A stretch of 46,106 nt of DNA, from IMG/VR virus record IMGVR_UViG_2939127364_000005; one strand, given 5' to 3'. How positions within the stretch are numbered: the first letter of the stretch is position 1; each line of letters starts with the position of its first letter. A program made the position numbers and the translations under genes. The stretch is from a virus. Taxonomy: Duplodnaviria; Heunggongvirae; Uroviricota; Caudoviricetes. The notes under the pieces were generated by a model, which was not told where the DNA came from, made no database searches, and saw only the letters and a list, made by a program, of their open reading frames with translations. Positions 1-14,380 of the stretch are shown piece after piece.

Positions 1-585
1 CTATTCGATAATGGGTACTGTTGGCCATTCAATATCCGGTGCAGTTGATGTATCAACACGGTTCAGCAACACCCGATACTTTTTCCAGGCTTCCAGCAAC
101 AAGGTTTCTTCCTCCGTTGCGATCTCCAGATCCACAGCATCCTGAAGCGGCGCTATATGCTCACTGGCTACCTGCATCAGGCTGTTTTTTGTTTCTTCCG
201 CCTCCCGGATCCGGAACAGTTTTTCTGCTTCCGTATCCTTCACCCAGGCTGTGCCGTTCCACTTCTGATATTCCCCTCCCGGCGATAACCAGGTAACATT
301 TTCCGGTAACGGACCGAGTTCAGAAATAAATAACGCGTCGCCGGAAGCCACGTCATAAACCGTTTTACCCCGATGATCTTCAACGAGATGCCACGATGCC
401 TCATCACTGTTGAAAACAGCCACGAAGCCTGCCGGAATATCTGGCGGTGCAATATCGATACTGTTTGCTGGCAGACCTGTATGAGGCGGAATATATGCGT
501 CACCTTCACCAATAAATTCATTAGTTCCGGCCAGCAGATTATAAATTTTTATGGTCCGTGGTTGTTCACTCATTCTGAATGCCAT
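1..585 (-). CDS. tfa: Tail fibre assembly protein Tfa (194 aa), complete; stop codon at 1-3
   Basis: ORF translation matches lambda Tfa along its length as recalled ([24 protein letters not shown]...); sits immediately downstream of stf as in lambda. Confidence 0.9.
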   Translation of the reverse strand: MAFRMSEQPRTIKIYNLLAGTNEFIGEGDAYIPPHTGLPANSIDIAPPDIPAGFVAVFNSDEASWHLVEDHRGKTVYDVASGDALFISELGPLPENVTWLSPGGEYQKWNGTAWVKDTEAEKLFRIREAEETKNSLMQVASEHIAPLQDAVDLEIATEEETLLLEAWKKYRVLLNRVDTSTAPDIEWPTVPIIE

Positions 586-3500
586 TATGCAAGCCTCACA
601 ATATAGTTAAATGCGATGTTTTTGACGGTGTTTTCCGCGTTACCAGCAGCGTTAACGGTGATGGTATGTCCATGTGAACCAATCGCAACGGAGTGCGTAT
701 GAGCACCAATACCGACAGTATGTGCGTGTGCACCTGCGCTTGCAGCAGTACCCGATACAGAGTGCGTATGAGCGCCTGCAGAAGAAGTGTTAACACTGTA
801 TTTAGAATAATCAGGTGATCCACTTCCCGGAGCACCACTGGAACCACCTGAAACAAATGTCATCGAATGGGTATGTGCACCGGCTGAAGCAGCCGTACCG
901 CTAACACTATGGGTATGTGCACCAGTGTTATTCGTGGATTTAGTGCCGTAATCAAACGATGATGTGGTTTTCGTCCCCAAATCCGTACTGGATGCGCTGG
1001 CGCTGTGGGTGTGCGATTTAATGCCGTCCTGTTCCTGAGACAATACGGCACGACCACTGGCGGGCTTGCCCTTAATCGTCCAGCCACGCATATCAGGAAT
1101 AACGCCTGACGGATAAGCCACTGCAAGTTTCGGGTATGCAGATTTGTCAAAAGTCTGCCCCTGCATCAGGGCATAGCCAGACGGAACGGTATCTGATGGC
1201 CACGGGATTGGTGCGCCGACTGGGTAGCTTTCTGGTGGAAGATTTTTCGAGGTATAAACTTCTGCCCAGTCTTCCTCAAAACCATAACCGTCTCTTGAAG
1301 AACGGTAGAACAGACCACCATTTCTGTAATGCGCCTTCATCTGCAAGGTCCGGCAACTTCCGACTCCGGTATAGAAGTTAACCAGAATATAGCTGTCGCC
1401 AGAGCGGGTGACATTGTAAGCGCCTGATTCGGCATTCCAGGGAACGCCACCATCCGCATCGGCATATGTATCCGTTGCCCTTCTGGCAAAAGCAGCCACA
1501 TGCGCGGCGGTTAAAGTGATATCAGTAGAACCATCAAATGGAACACCGGATATTTTTCTTGCAGTCTGAAGTTTTGTAGCAGTTGCAGCATTACCAGTGG
1601 TGTTCTGATTACCCGTAGTGTTTACACCTGGAAGGTTAATATTTGCAGAACCGTCGAAAACAACTCCACCGATAGATCTTGCCGTCTGCAATTTCGTGGC
1701 TGTACTTGCATTACCATTCAATGAACCAGTTAATCCACCTGTAACAGACAACGGACCTGAAACTGTTCCTCCGGTTGTTGGCAGTGCTCCAATATCTGAT
1801 GGTGTAGGTTTCTGATGTGAGCTATACATCGTATAAACAACACCATAGGTAACGCTGGAAGGCTTACTCGCTGAATATGTTGGCGAGGTATAAACAGAAA
1901 CTGACGCATTTGCAGTACAATCCCAATGGATATTTACACTCGTCGCATAATTGCCAATCTCAACGTAAATATCATATGTATCGCCGGATGTGTTGATCCA
2001 GGCGAAATTCGTTAATCCGACGGCTGTACGCTTCCACAAAGCCCCGGTAATTCCTTTGGGGTTTCCATTGCCTGCTCGTAGAACCAGTTCTGAAATGCCT
2101 GCCTGATGTGGGGAACCGACGTTGTAACCAGCGCCACCAATCAATGCGATGTAAACGATGGAACTCGCCTGTGGCATGGTTACCGTTGCTAATTTGAACC
2201 AACCAGCACCACCGCTGAATGACATTGTTGTTGAGTTAAGCGTACCAATATCTTTCGGCGTCAGTGTTATATCCGCTGAAAGCGCCTTACCATTCACCTT
2301 ACGGGCAGAAGGTACCCGACCATTCGCATTATCATTAGCTGCTTTCACTGCTTTCGGTGTCGCGGCAAGCGTTTCAGATGCGCTGTTGGTTGCACTACTG
2401 AGCTGGACAATTCCTTTTTGTGCTGTCGTAGCGTCCTGTGCGGTGTATTTCCCGTTAGCCAGGTCATACGCGGCCTTAACGGCTTTTGGCGTTGCCGCCT
2501 GTGACTCGGAAGTGCTGTTGGTCGCACTGCTGAGCTGTACTACCCCCTTTTTCGTCGTGCTCGCATCCTCAAGCGCCACAGCGGATGCAATATCCTCTGC
2601 CCGTTTTGCTGCTGTCTCGGCGCGCGTTGCCGCGGATTCCGCCGTACTTTTGCTCTGAGCTGCCGCCGTCGCACTGCCAGCTGCCTCTGTCGCCTTCGTG
2701 GATGCCGTCGTGGCGCTGCCCTTCGCTGCTGACGCTTGTCTGGTCGCCTCATCTTTTGAAGCAGACGCCGATGATGCCGATGACGCCGCCGAACTGGCTG
2801 ACGATGCGGCAGCCGTTTTTGAGGATTCTGCGCTGGTTTCCGACACTTTCGCGTTCGTTTCGGATGTCTTCGCTGCGGAAGCTGACCTCGCTGCTGCCGT
2901 GGCCTGTTCAGTGGCTTCGCCAGCCTTCGTTGTGGCTGTTGAAGCGGATGATGCGGCGCTTTCTGCCGACTTTCCGGCAGCGGTGGCACTGGCTGAGGCC
3001 TGCCCGGCACTTGTTGACGCGGCACTGGCAGACGACGCAGCCGCTGTTTTTGAGCCTGCCGCAGCCGAGGCGCTCTGTCCCGCTGCCGTTTCAGAAGACC
3101 TGGCGTTCGTCTCGGACGTTTTTGCCGCCTTCGCGGAATTTCCTGCCGCCGTTGCCGAGGAAGCTGCACTACTGGCGCTTGATGATGCGTTCGTTTCTGA
3201 TGATTTTGCCGCCTCTTTTGAAGCCGACGCATCTCTGGCTGAGGTGGCAGCTTCTGACGCTTTCGTGGTCGCGGTGGATGCAGAAGTGGCGGCTGATTGT
3301 TGTGACGCTGAAGCATTCGTTTCTGACGTTTTCGCCGCACCGGCACTGGTGGCCGCCGCGCTTTTTGAGGACTCTGCAGCGGCAGCACTTTTTTCCGCTT
3401 CAGTGGCCTTTGTTGATGCCGTTCCTGCGCTGGAAGACGCTGACTGAGCCGACGAAGCGGCCTGTCCGGCTGACGTGCTGGCTGCGCGTGCTGAGCCTGC

Positions 3501-3944
3501 AGCATCAGTCGCATGGGTTGCCGCCTCACGGGCTGATGTGCCGGCATCGCTGGCTGACTTCTTCGCGGCTGCCGTGTTCTGTGCCACCGCGGACGCGTTA
3601 CGCGCCACCTCTTCCACCATCAGTTCAAAACGGCGCAGTGCCTCCGGACGGGCATCATCCTCCGTCATGGCACCGAGAAAATCATTCAGCGTACCGGGTC
3701 GGGAATCTTCATACACGGTGATGGTCCCGGCATGTGACGGCGGGAATCCTTCCACCAACAGAATAACGCTGTACTGACCGTACTCAACGTCCATGCTGTA
3801 ACGCCCGGCTTCATCCGGATTTTCTGAGGCCAGCGTGTTCACCACCACCGTGGTGCTGTTACGTTTTGCTTTCAGCTGGATTGTGCAGTTCTGTACCGGT
3901 TTTCCTGTGCCGTCTTTCAGTACACCTGAAATCTTTACTGCCAT
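585..3944 (-). CDS. stf: Side tail fibre protein, long StfR-like form (about 1119 aa from the ATG at 3944; ORF track begins at a GTG at 3950)
   Basis: N-terminus [20 protein letters not shown] and C-terminus ...[22 protein letters not shown] match lambda Stf as recalled; central Ala/Ser/Thr-rich low-complexity repeats; His-rich GAHTHS repeats near the C-terminus. Confidence 0.85.
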   Translation of the reverse strand: MAVKISGVLKDGTGKPVQNCTIQLKAKRNSTTVVVNTLASENPDEAGRYSMDVEYGQYSVILLVEGFPPSHAGTITVYEDSRPGTLNDFLGAMTEDDARPEALRRFELMVEEVARNASAVAQNTAAAKKSASDAGTSAREAATHATDAAGSARAASTSAGQAASSAQSASSSAGTASTKATEAEKSAAAAESSKSAAATSAGAAKTSETNASASQQSAATSASTATTKASEAATSARDASASKEAAKSSETNASSSASSAASSATAAGNSAKAAKTSETNARSSETAAGQSASAAAGSKTAAASSASAASTSAGQASASATAAGKSAESAASSASTATTKAGEATEQATAAARSASAAKTSETNAKVSETSAESSKTAAASSASSAASSASSASASKDEATRQASAAKGSATTASTKATEAAGSATAAAQSKSTAESAATRAETAAKRAEDIASAVALEDASTTKKGVVQLSSATNSTSESQAATPKAVKAAYDLANGKYTAQDATTAQKGIVQLSSATNSASETLAATPKAVKAANDNANGRVPSARKVNGKALSADITLTPKDIGTLNSTTMSFSGGAGWFKLATVTMPQASSIVYIALIGGAGYNVGSPHQAGISELVLRAGNGNPKGITGALWKRTAVGLTNFAWINTSGDTYDIYVEIGNYATSVNIHWDCTANASVSVYTSPTYSASKPSSVTYGVVYTMYSSHQKPTPSDIGALPTTGGTVSGPLSVTGGLTGSLNGNASTATKLQTARSIGGVVFDGSANINLPGVNTTGNQNTTGNAATATKLQTARKISGVPFDGSTDITLTAAHVAAFARRATDTYADADGGVPWNAESGAYNVTRSGDSYILVNFYTGVGSCRTLQMKAHYRNGGLFYRSSRDGYGFEEDWAEVYTSKNLPPESYPVGAPIPWPSDTVPSGYALMQGQTFDKSAYPKLAVAYPSGVIPDMRGWTIKGKPASGRAVLSQEQDGIKSHTHSASASSTDLGTKTTSSFDYGTKSTNNTGAHTHSVSGTAASAGAHTHSMTFVSGGSSGAPGSGSPDYSKYSVNTSSAGAHTHSVSGTAASAGAHAHTVGIGAHTHSVAIGSHGHTITVNAAGNAENTVKNIAFNYIVRLA

Positions 3945-3953
3945 ATTCACCCC

Positions 3954-3982
3954 ACAAAAAAGCCCGCCTGAACCGGCGGGCT
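3954..3982 (-). terminator. Candidate rho-independent terminator downstream of lom (8-bp GC-rich stem AGCCCGCC/GGCGGGCT, then a T-run on the minus strand)
   Basis: Hairpin and T-run read directly from sequence between lom stop and stf start. Confidence 0.5.
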
Positions 3983-4008
3983 GTCATAACACTGTGTTAC
4001 CTGGCTAA

Positions 4009-4608
4009 TCAGAATTTATAACCGACACCCACGATGAAACCGTCAGTGCGCCAGTCACCACTGCCGGAACCTTCATAAGCAATATCAATGGCCACGGATT
4101 CGGTCGGGTTAAACTGCACGCCAGCCCCCCACGCCAGAGACGTGTTGCTGTGGCGACCGTCATCACTTCCGGTCAGCACATCGTGCGTTTTCCCCTTGTT
4201 GTCAGTTACGCGGAGATAATCCCCGGAGAAAGTCGACACGCGGCTGTAAGCCACACCCGCCATCGCATACGCGCTGAACCATTCATTCACGCGCACAGAC
4301 GGCCCCGCCATCACGCTGAACCAGCGGTTACGCGCGGAATCTTCATGCCAGCGGGTATCGCTGTAACGGGTAAGCTGGCGATTCTTGTCTCCTGCATAGC
4401 TGAATGACGTCACCATTCCCAGCGTGTCCGTAAACTCATAACGGTATTTCACGTTAATCCCGTTCAGATCATCGCTGCCGGAAACGTTCGTCCGGGCATG
4501 AAGATAGCCCGCGCTCAGCGTGGACTGATGTTCAGACGCCCATGCAGGCGCACCGGATACGGCCAGACAAATGGCTGCGGACAAAATGGCGGCATAAAGT
4601 TTACGCAT
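4009..4608 (-). CDS. lom: Ail/Lom-family outer membrane protein (199 aa), diverged from lambda Lom
   Basis: Signal-peptide-like N-terminus, C-terminal [24 protein letters not shown] identical to the lambda Lom C-terminus as recalled; position between J and stf. Confidence 0.85.
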   Translation of the reverse strand: MRKLYAAILSAAICLAVSGAPAWASEHQSTLSAGYLHARTNVSGSDDLNGINVKYRYEFTDTLGMVTSFSYAGDKNRQLTRYSDTRWHEDSARNRWFSVMAGPSVRVNEWFSAYAMAGVAYSRVSTFSGDYLRVTDNKGKTHDVLTGSDDGRHSNTSLAWGAGVQFNPTESVAIDIAYEGSGSGDWRTDGFIVGVGYKF

Positions 4609-4674
4609 AATTACCTCTCGCTTTTCTGCAATAAAAAAGGCGTCATTTCTGACGCCCGTTCTGGGTTATAAAAT

Positions 4675-6808
<2,134 letters not shown>

Positions 6809-6816
6809 CCACTACA

Positions 6817-9418
6817 CTTCCAGTTTCTTATTGACGGTCTGTGTGATTTCATTGCTGACATCCGTAATGGACGTCCTGATTTCAGCCAGGTCAGGCGCAA
6901 GCTGACCGTTATCAATCTGCGTCCACAGCTCCTGAGCCAGATGGGTTTTCCCTATCTCGCCTTTGAAAAAATCCAGATAGCCTGATGCATCATCACTCGG
7001 CTGACCGACAGCCTCCACGAATGCCGATTTGCCAACGGTGTTCACACTGCGAACGTAAAAATAATAATCATAGCCCGGTTTGATATTGATACTGGCGGCT
7101 ATCCAGTACAGTGCCGTACCAAGATAACGCGCGCTGGTTTCAACCTGCCTGATATCCGCAATCCGTTTTTCCGAGAACCAGAACTCAAACTGTACCGTCG
7201 GGTCATAAACCGCAAGATGCGGCGTGGCGGTTATCTGAAAATAGCCCGGCGTCAGCTCAATCCGCGACGGCGCTGCCGGTGCGGCAATCCGGAACGATAC
7301 CGACGCCGGATCGCCCTGCTGCCCCCACGCATTTACTGCCCGGACTGTCAGCCTGTAGTTCCCCAGCGCCAGTTGTGTGAAGCGGTAAGTGGTTTCCGTC
7401 GTCCGGGCCGTGCTGACCAGCCGCTCACGGCCGTCATCCGCTGCCACGGTCAGGCGAAGCAGGAAGCTCACGCCCTTCACCACCTTCGGCGTGTCCCAGC
7501 GGGCCAGCACCTGGTATTCCCCGCTGTCTGCGGTGACTTCTGCGGTCAGGTGCTGCACCGCTGGCGGCGTGACACCATTTACCGTGCCGCTCTGGTCGCC
7601 GTCAAAGTGCGCCCCGTTATCCACGATGGCCTCTTTTTCCGGTACATGCTGCACGGCGGTGATGGCATACGTGCCGTCGTCGTTCTCACGGATACTCACG
7701 CAGCGGAACAGGCGCTGGCGCAACGTCGGCAGCTTCAGCCCCCATACGCTGTATTCAGCAACGCCGTCAGGAACACGGCTCACTTTCACCTTCACGCCGT
7801 CGGTGACGGACTGAACCTCCACGCTGACCGGATTGCCACTTCCGTCAACCAGGCTTATCAGCGTGGTACCGGAGGATGGCAGCGTGATTTCACGGTCGAG
7901 CGTCAGCGTCCGGGTCTGGCTGTTTACCGCCAGCACGCGCCCGCCGATGCTGATACCGGCATAGTCATCATCACAGATTTCAATGACATCGCCCGGCACA
8001 TGGCGAAGCCCTTCTGCGCCCACGCTGAAGTCCACGGTCTGCGTTTCCAGCAGTTCTGTTTTAATCAGCCACAGCCCGGCGCGATGTGCCTGCCCCCGGC
8101 TGGTACAGCCAAAGGCATCCATCTTCGTGACATTACGACCGTAACGGGCAATGGCCTGCGTGTCCTCCACAAGCTCTGTCGCCGTCTCCCAGCCGTTATT
8201 CGGGTCAATCCAGTTCACCTCAACGGCATTATGGCGGTCCTTCAGGGCGCTGAAGCTGTAGCGGAACGGCGCACCATCATCCGGCATCACCACATTACTG
8301 CGGTTATAGGTCCACACCTTATCCGACGGTCGGTCCTGCACGAACGTCAGCGTCTGCCCGTTCCATACCGGCATACAGCGCATCGCAGAGCAGAAATCAC
8401 TGAGCACATCCCACGCCTTGCGCTGTGTGGTCAGGTACGCATTACAGGTGATGCGCGGCTCCGTGCCGCCAAAACCGTCCGGCACCGACTGATCGCAATG
8501 CTGGCCGATGACATACAGCGCCCATTTGTCCACATCCGCCGCACCAAGACGTTTCCCCATGCCGTAGCGCGGATGGGTCAGCATATCCCACAGACACCAG
8601 GCCATGTTGTTGCTGTATGCTGGCTTAAACGTTCCGTCCCAGATACCGCTGTATTGCCGCGTCTGCGGGTTATAGTTCGACGGCACCTGCAGAATGCGCC
8701 CGCGAAGATGATAATTACGGCTCACCTGCTGGCTGCCGAACTGCTCCGAATCCACCTGCACGCCGACCAGTGCCGTGTTCGGGTAGCCCTGTTTCACATC
8801 GATGATTTCGGTGTATGACGACCAGAGCGTTTTGTTCTGCAGCTGGTCTGTGGTGCTGTCCGGCGTCATCCTGCGCATCCGGATATTGAACGGGCGCGGC
8901 GGCAGGTTACCCACCACCACCGAGGCCAGATACTGCGAGGTGGTTTTGCCCTTAATGGTGATGTCTTTTTCCGTCACCCAGCCACCATTACGCTGGATCT
9001 GAACCAGCAGGCGGACTTCCGACGGATTCCTGTCCCCCTTTGAGGTGGTTTCCACCAGTGCCTGCACGCCGAAGGTAAAACGCAGTCGGTCAATGTTTGC
9101 CGACGTGATGGTCCGGGTGATCGGCGTGTCGTATTTCACTTCCGTACCCAGCACCGTCTCGGAGCCGGAGGATTCAAATCCCTCCGGCGGTGTCTGCTCC
9201 TGCTCACCGGCCCGGAACACCACCGTGACGCCGGAGATATTGGTATTCCCCTCACTGTCCAGCACTGGCGTACTGTTCAGCAGCACGCTTTTTAATCCAT
9301 CCACCGGACCTTCAACCGGCCCTTCGCTGATGGCATCGATCACACTCAGCAACTGCGTGGACTTCAGGTTGTCCTTCGCTTCGCGCGGAGTATGCCCCTT
9401 ACTGCTGCCTTTACCCAT
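6817..9418 (-). pseudogene. J: Tail tip / host specificity protein J, N-terminal about 867 codons, truncated by the IS insertion
   Basis: [41 protein letters not shown]... near-identical to lambda J N-terminus as recalled; reading frame runs into the IS right end and stops after 2 codons. Confidence 0.9.
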
Positions 9419-9477
9419 TCCTCACGCTCCATAAACGACAAAACCGCCCGGAGGCGGTTTCACATAAACGTTTTTCA

Positions 9478-10149
9478 TCATCGACCAATCACCACAACCT
9501 GACCACCATCCCCTTCGTCTGCCGTGCTGATCTCCTGAGAGACCACCCGCGACCCCACGCGCATTTCACCGTACAGAACCGGCAGAACATTGCCCTGGGC
9601 AACCATGTTATCCAGTGAGGAGAAATAGGTGTTCTGTTTGCCGTTATCCGTTGTCTGTGTACGGGGAGTTCTGGCTTTCGGTGCCAGCATCTGCGCCACA
9701 CCACCGAGCACCATACTGGCACCGAGAGAAAACAGGATGCCGGTCATACCACCGGCCCCAATGGCTGCCCCCCATGCTGCAAGGGTGGCCCCGGCGGTAA
9801 AGAATGATCCGGCAATGGCGGCAGCCCCCAGGACAATCTGGAATACGCCACCTGACTTGGCCCCGGCGACTCTGGGAACAATATGAATCACAGCGCCATC
9901 AGGCAGAGTCTCATGTAACTGCGCCGTTAACCCGGACGTGCTGACGTCCCGCCCGGCAATCCGTACCTGATACCAGCCGTCGCTCAGTTTCTGACGAAAC
10001 GCCGGGAGCTGTGTGGCCAGCGCCCGGATGGCTTCGGACCCCGTTTTCACTCGAAGGTCGATGCGGCGGCCAAATCGTTGTAAATCCCCGTAAAGGCAGA
10101 TGCGCGCCATGCCCGGTGACGCCAGAGGGAGTGTGTGCGTCGCTGCCAT
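9478..10149 (-). CDS. I: Tail assembly protein I (223 aa)
   Basis: MAATHTLPLASPGMARICLYGDLQRFGRRIDLRVKTG... matches lambda I as recalled. Confidence 0.9.
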   Translation of the reverse strand: MAATHTLPLASPGMARICLYGDLQRFGRRIDLRVKTGSEAIRALATQLPAFRQKLSDGWYQVRIAGRDVSTSGLTAQLHETLPDGAVIHIVPRVAGAKSGGVFQIVLGAAAIAGSFFTAGATLAAWGAAIGAGGMTGILFSLGASMVLGGVAQMLAPKARTPRTQTTDNGKQNTYFSSLDNMVAQGNVLPVLYGEMRVGSRVVSQEISTADEGDGGQVVVIGR

Positions 10150-10790
10150 TTGTCGGTATACCTCTCTCGTTTGCTCAGTTGTTCAGGAATATGGTGCAGC
10201 AGCTCGCCGTCACCACAGTAAATGGCGGCATGATTCGGCACCGATGAACCAAAACAGCACAGCAGCACATCGCCCGGTTGTGCTGATGACAACGGCACCT
10301 GATACAGCCCTGTGGCCTCCAGATTATCCAGATAGAGATTCTGGCCGTGACGCCACCAGTCATCCCCGCGATGAAAATTCGGCATCTCAATCCCCGCCAG
10401 ATGATAAGCATCCCGGAACAGCGTGTAACAGTCCGTCACCCCGTGCTCAAAGCGCCGCCCGGTGAGATGCGGCACACAGCGGAACTTATGAATCGCCCCC
10501 CGGCAGACCAGCAACCACGGCAAATCACTCTGCACCTGCAGCCGCCGGTCAGCCTCACTCAGCCAGGGCAGACCACCGGGGTGGCTGTGGACCAGCGCCA
10601 CAATCTCACCCTGCATTTCTGCCTGCAGCCAGTCCTCCGGAGCCATCCGGAAATAATCCTCCGGCTCACCGGAAATATTCACGCAGGGAAAATATCTTTC
10701 CCCCTCCGGCGTTCTCACCACGAAGCCGCACGACTCCGCTGGCGCACATCGCCGGGCGTGCGCCAGAATCGCTGATTCTGTCTCTGTCAT
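10047..10790 (-). CDS. K: Tail tip assembly protein K (JAMM/MPN plus NlpC/P60-like); 247 aa if started at MTETES (10790), 199 aa if started at the internal MAPEDW Met (10646); overlaps I by 103 bp
   Basis: Matches lambda K as recalled; JAMM motif HSHPGGLPWLSEAD; the upstream in-frame extension contains the Glu expected for a JAMM site; GGAGG precedes the internal Met. Confidence 0.75.
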   Translation of the reverse strand: MTETESAILAHARRCAPAESCGFVVRTPEGERYFPCVNISGEPEDYFRMAPEDWLQAEMQGEIVALVHSHPGGLPWLSEADRRLQVQSDLPWLLVCRGAIHKFRCVPHLTGRRFEHGVTDCYTLFRDAYHLAGIEMPNFHRGDDWWRHGQNLYLDNLEATGLYQVPLSSAQPGDVLLCCFGSSVPNHAAIYCGDGELLHHIPEQLSKRERYTDKWQRRTHSLWRHRAWRASAFTGIYNDLAAASTFE

Positions 10791-10794
10791 GGGA

Positions 10795-11493
10795 TTACTG
10801 CGAAAGTTTGTTAATGGAAAGGAAGCCACCAAAGTTGCCGACGTTATTGCGAAACTTACAGCCACTCAGGCATTTGCTGCATTTATCCTTCGTGATATCG
10901 GACGTCGGCTGGTCATATTCATCCGCGACAGCCGGACCGCTATAACCGCACTCGTCACCGCGATAGGTCCAGGTGCAGGTGTTGGCCAGCATGATACGTC
11001 CCGGAAAAACAGCGCCATCCGTTTCCGTCGGCGTGGACAGTACAAAGGAGGCACTCACCGCGCTCAGTTCGCTGCACTGCTCGATGCGCCAGCGGCTGAT
11101 CACCTCCTGCTCCGGATCGGCGTCACTGTTTCCGTTGACGAAGTTCACCGCATCCAGAAAACGGGCGTAAACCTTACGCCGGACCACCGTTCCGCCGACC
11201 AGACTCTGCAGATCTTCCGCCATCCCGGTGACCATACCGTACAGGTTAGAAACCGTCAGCGTGGGGCGCGTACTGGTGCCTTTGCCATTCAGTTCAAAAC
11301 CGCTCCCCTGAATGGGATACGGCTGATACTGTCGCCCCTGCCAGGTGACCGGCTCACCTTTTTCGTTCTGCTCATTACAGAAAAAATAACGTTCTCCACC
11401 GACCTCTGTCAGGTCGATTTCCCAGAGCACCACGCTGGCCGACTGCTCCGCACGGGTGCATTCATTCAGTGTTTCCTGCCGGATATCCTGCAT
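10795..11493 (-). CDS. L: Tail tip protein L (232 aa)
   Basis: MQDIRQETLNECTRAEQSASVVLWEIDLTEVGGERYFFCNEQ... matches lambda L as recalled. Confidence 0.9.
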   Translation of the reverse strand: MQDIRQETLNECTRAEQSASVVLWEIDLTEVGGERYFFCNEQNEKGEPVTWQGRQYQPYPIQGSGFELNGKGTSTRPTLTVSNLYGMVTGMAEDLQSLVGGTVVRRKVYARFLDAVNFVNGNSDADPEQEVISRWRIEQCSELSAVSASFVLSTPTETDGAVFPGRIMLANTCTWTYRGDECGYSGPAVADEYDQPTSDITKDKCSKCLSGCKFRNNVGNFGGFLSINKLSQ

Positions 11494-11822
11494 CAGTTCA
11501 CCACCTGTTCAAACTCTGCGCTGAACTCAACACGCAGCATACTGACCCGCGACGACCATTTTGCGCAGGTCACCTTTATCTGCCGCCACTCATAAGGCGG
11601 CGTCCACAGAAAGGCTTTCCAGCCCCCGTGCTCTTCCAGAAACGACTCCAGTACCGTGGCCTCCTCACGGGGGACAGAAAGCGTCACGCTGTACGTTTTC
11701 AGGTTGGCATTCAGCCCGGCAGGCGCTCGCTGGGAATAGCCATCACCAAAGCGCACCTTTCTTACAGAAGGGGCCGAAGCCACATCCATACCGGGTTTCA
11801 CTTTCCAGCGGAAGGTTTTCAT
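11493..11822 (-). CDS. M: Tail tip protein M (109 aa)
   Basis: MKTFRWKVKPGMDVAS...EFSAEFEQVVN matches lambda M as recalled. Confidence 0.9.
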   Translation of the reverse strand: MKTFRWKVKPGMDVASAPSVRKVRFGDGYSQRAPAGLNANLKTYSVTLSVPREEATVLESFLEEHGGWKAFLWTPPYEWRQIKVTCAKWSSRVSMLRVEFSAEFEQVVN

Positions 11823-14380
11823 CGTCCACCTCCGGAGAACAGGCCACCATCACGCATCTGTGTCTGAATTTCATCACGGGCCCCCTTGCGGGCCATGTCA
11901 TACACCGCCTTCAGAGCAGCCGGACCTATCTGCCCGTTCGTGCCGTCGTTGTTAATCACCACATGGTTATTCTGCTCAAACGTCCCGGACACCTGCGACC
12001 GGCTGTCAGCCAGACTGCCCGGTGTACCGACATAACCACCGGTGGCATAGCCGCGCATCAGCCGGTAGAGATTCCCCACGCCAATCCGGCTGGTTGCCTC
12101 CTTCGTGAAGACAAATTCACCACGGTGAACAATCCCCGCTGGCTCATATTTGCCGCCGGTTCCCGTAAATCCCCCGGTCGCAAAATGGAATTTCGCCGCA
12201 GCGGCCTGAATGGCTGTACCGCCTGACGCGGATGCTCCACCACTGGCAGCACCGCCAATGGCGCTGCCGATACTCCCGACAATCCCCACCATTGCCTGCT
12301 TAAGCAGAATTTCTGTCATCATGGACAGCACGGAACGGGTGAAGCTGCGCCAGTTCTGCTCACTGCCGGTCAGCATCGCCGCCATATTCTGTGCAATACC
12401 ATCAAAGGTCTGCGTGGCTGCACTTTTAACCTGCGACATACTGTCCGTGGCGCTCTCTTCCCACTCACTCCAGCCGGACTTCAGGCCTGCCATCCAGCTC
12501 CCGCGAAGCTGGTCTTCAGCCGCCCAGGTCTTTTTCTGCTCTGACATGACGTTATTCAGCGCCAGCGGATTATCGCCATACTGTTCCTTCAGGCGCTGTT
12601 CCGTGGCTTCCCGTTCTGCCTGCCGGTCAGTCAGCCCCCGGCTTTTCGCATCAATGGCGGCCCGTTTTGCCCGTTGCTGCTGTGCGAATTTATCCGCCTG
12701 CTGCGCCAGCGCGTTCAGGCGCTCCTGATAGGTGACCTTGTCGCCAAGTGCAGCCAGCTGGCGTTTGTACTCCAGCGTCTCATCTTTATGCGCCAGCAGG
12801 GATTTCTCCTGTGCAGACAGCTGGCGACGTTGCGCCGCCTCCTCCAGTACCGCGAACTGACTCTCCGCCTTCCACAAATCCCGGCGCTGCTGGCTGATTT
12901 TCTCATTCGCTCCGGCATGCTTCTCCAGCGTCCGGAGTTCTGCCTGAAGCGTCAGCAGGGCAGCATGAGCACTGTCTTCCTGACGATCGCCCGCAGACAC
13001 CTTCACGCCGGACTGTTTCGGCTTTTTCAGCGTCGCTTCATAATCCTTTTTCGCCGCCGCCATCAGCGTGTTGTAATCCGCCTGCAGGATTTTCCCGTCT
13101 TTCAGTGCCTTGTTCAGTTCTTCCTGACGGGCGGTATATTTCTCCAGCGGCGTCTGCAGCCGTTCGTAAGCCTTCTGCGCCTCTTCGGTATATTTCAGCC
13201 GTGACGCTTCGGTATCGCTCTGCTGCTGCGCATTTTTGTCCTGTTGAGTCTGCTGCTCAGCCTTCTTTCGGGCGGCTTCAAGCGCAAGACGGGCCTTTTC
13301 ACGATCATCCCAGTAACGCGCCCGCGCTTCATCGTTAACAAAATAATCATCCTTGCGCAGATTCCAGATGTCGTCTGCTTTCTTAAACGCAGCCTCTGCC
13401 TTAATCAGCATCTCCTGCGCGGTATCAGGACGACCAATATCCAGCACCGCATCCCACATGGATTTGAATGCCCGCGCTGTCCTGTCTGCCCAGGTCTCCA
13501 GCGTGCCCATGTTCTCTTTCAGGCGGCGGATCTGGTCATCAAACCCTTTCGTTGCGGCTTCGTTCGCCGCCTGCAATGCCCCGGCTTCATCGCCGGAACG
13601 CTGCAACTGAGCAACATACGCAATCTGCTCCGCCGTCACGTTATGGAACTGGCGCGCCATCGCCGTCAGCCCCGACGTCGGGTCAGTGGTCAGCTTCCCG
13701 AAGGCTTCAGCGACCTTGTCCACCTCCACACCGGATGCAGAAGAGAAACGCGCCACACTCTGGCTGATGGACGCAATCTGAGCCTCACCGCTTACCCCCG
13801 CCTTAACCAGTGCACTGAGTGACTCGCTGGTCTGGTTAAACGTCAGCCCTGCCGCCTGCCCGGCTCTGGACAGGACCAGCATACGATCTGCCGTCAGACC
13901 CGACTGATTACCGGAAAGGACCAGCGTTTTGTTGAAATCGGACAGGGTTGAGTTACCCTGATACCAGGCATACGCCAGCGCACCGGTCGCCACCGCCAGC
14001 GAGGTGGCCCCCACCATCGGCAGGGTGATCGCACCGGCAAGCCCCCTGAACATGGGGATCATCCCGCCGAAGGAGTCCTTAACCTGACCACCCTGTTGCA
14101 GCAGGATCAGCCACGGGCTTTGCCCGCCTGCAAGCTGCGTGGCCACGTCGGTGAACTGTGCAGGCAGCATACGCATGGCGGCTTTATACTGCCCGACGGA
14201 AATCCCCGCTTTCTGTGCAGCCAGCGCCTGTCGGCTCAGCGACTGTTCAACGACTGCCGCTGTTTTTTTCGCATCAGTTTCCGTACCGGAAAAATGACGC
14301 CTGACTCTGGCCATCTGCTCGTCAAATCTGGCCGCATCCAGACTTAAATCAACGACCAGATCGCCTACCGGTTCAGCCAT
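11819..14380 (-). CDS. H: Tail tape measure protein H (853 aa)
   Basis: Length and sequence match lambda H as recalled (MAEPVGDLVVDLSLDAARFDEQMARV...). Confidence 0.9.
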   Translation of the reverse strand: MAEPVGDLVVDLSLDAARFDEQMARVRRHFSGTETDAKKTAAVVEQSLSRQALAAQKAGISVGQYKAAMRMLPAQFTDVATQLAGGQSPWLILLQQGGQVKDSFGGMIPMFRGLAGAITLPMVGATSLAVATGALAYAWYQGNSTLSDFNKTLVLSGNQSGLTADRMLVLSRAGQAAGLTFNQTSESLSALVKAGVSGEAQIASISQSVARFSSASGVEVDKVAEAFGKLTTDPTSGLTAMARQFHNVTAEQIAYVAQLQRSGDEAGALQAANEAATKGFDDQIRRLKENMGTLETWADRTARAFKSMWDAVLDIGRPDTAQEMLIKAEAAFKKADDIWNLRKDDYFVNDEARARYWDDREKARLALEAARKKAEQQTQQDKNAQQQSDTEASRLKYTEEAQKAYERLQTPLEKYTARQEELNKALKDGKILQADYNTLMAAAKKDYEATLKKPKQSGVKVSAGDRQEDSAHAALLTLQAELRTLEKHAGANEKISQQRRDLWKAESQFAVLEEAAQRRQLSAQEKSLLAHKDETLEYKRQLAALGDKVTYQERLNALAQQADKFAQQQRAKRAAIDAKSRGLTDRQAEREATEQRLKEQYGDNPLALNNVMSEQKKTWAAEDQLRGSWMAGLKSGWSEWEESATDSMSQVKSAATQTFDGIAQNMAAMLTGSEQNWRSFTRSVLSMMTEILLKQAMVGIVGSIGSAIGGAASGGASASGGTAIQAAAAKFHFATGGFTGTGGKYEPAGIVHRGEFVFTKEATSRIGVGNLYRLMRGYATGGYVGTPGSLADSRSQVSGTFEQNNHVVINNDGTNGQIGPAALKAVYDMARKGARDEIQTQMRDGGLFSGGGR

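Noticed and set aside
2540-3547. 335-aa Arg/Pro/Gln-rich ORF and a 378-aa ORF on the opposite strand (2585-3721), plus a 249-aa Ala/Asp-rich ORF (2698-3447)
   Set aside because: All lie inside the GC-rich repetitive section of stf in other frames or antisense; composition is typical of spurious ORFs through repeat DNA
7217-8818. 533-aa ORF antisense to J
   Set aside because: Entirely within the well-supported J coding region on the other strand; Arg-rich junk-like translation; no start context
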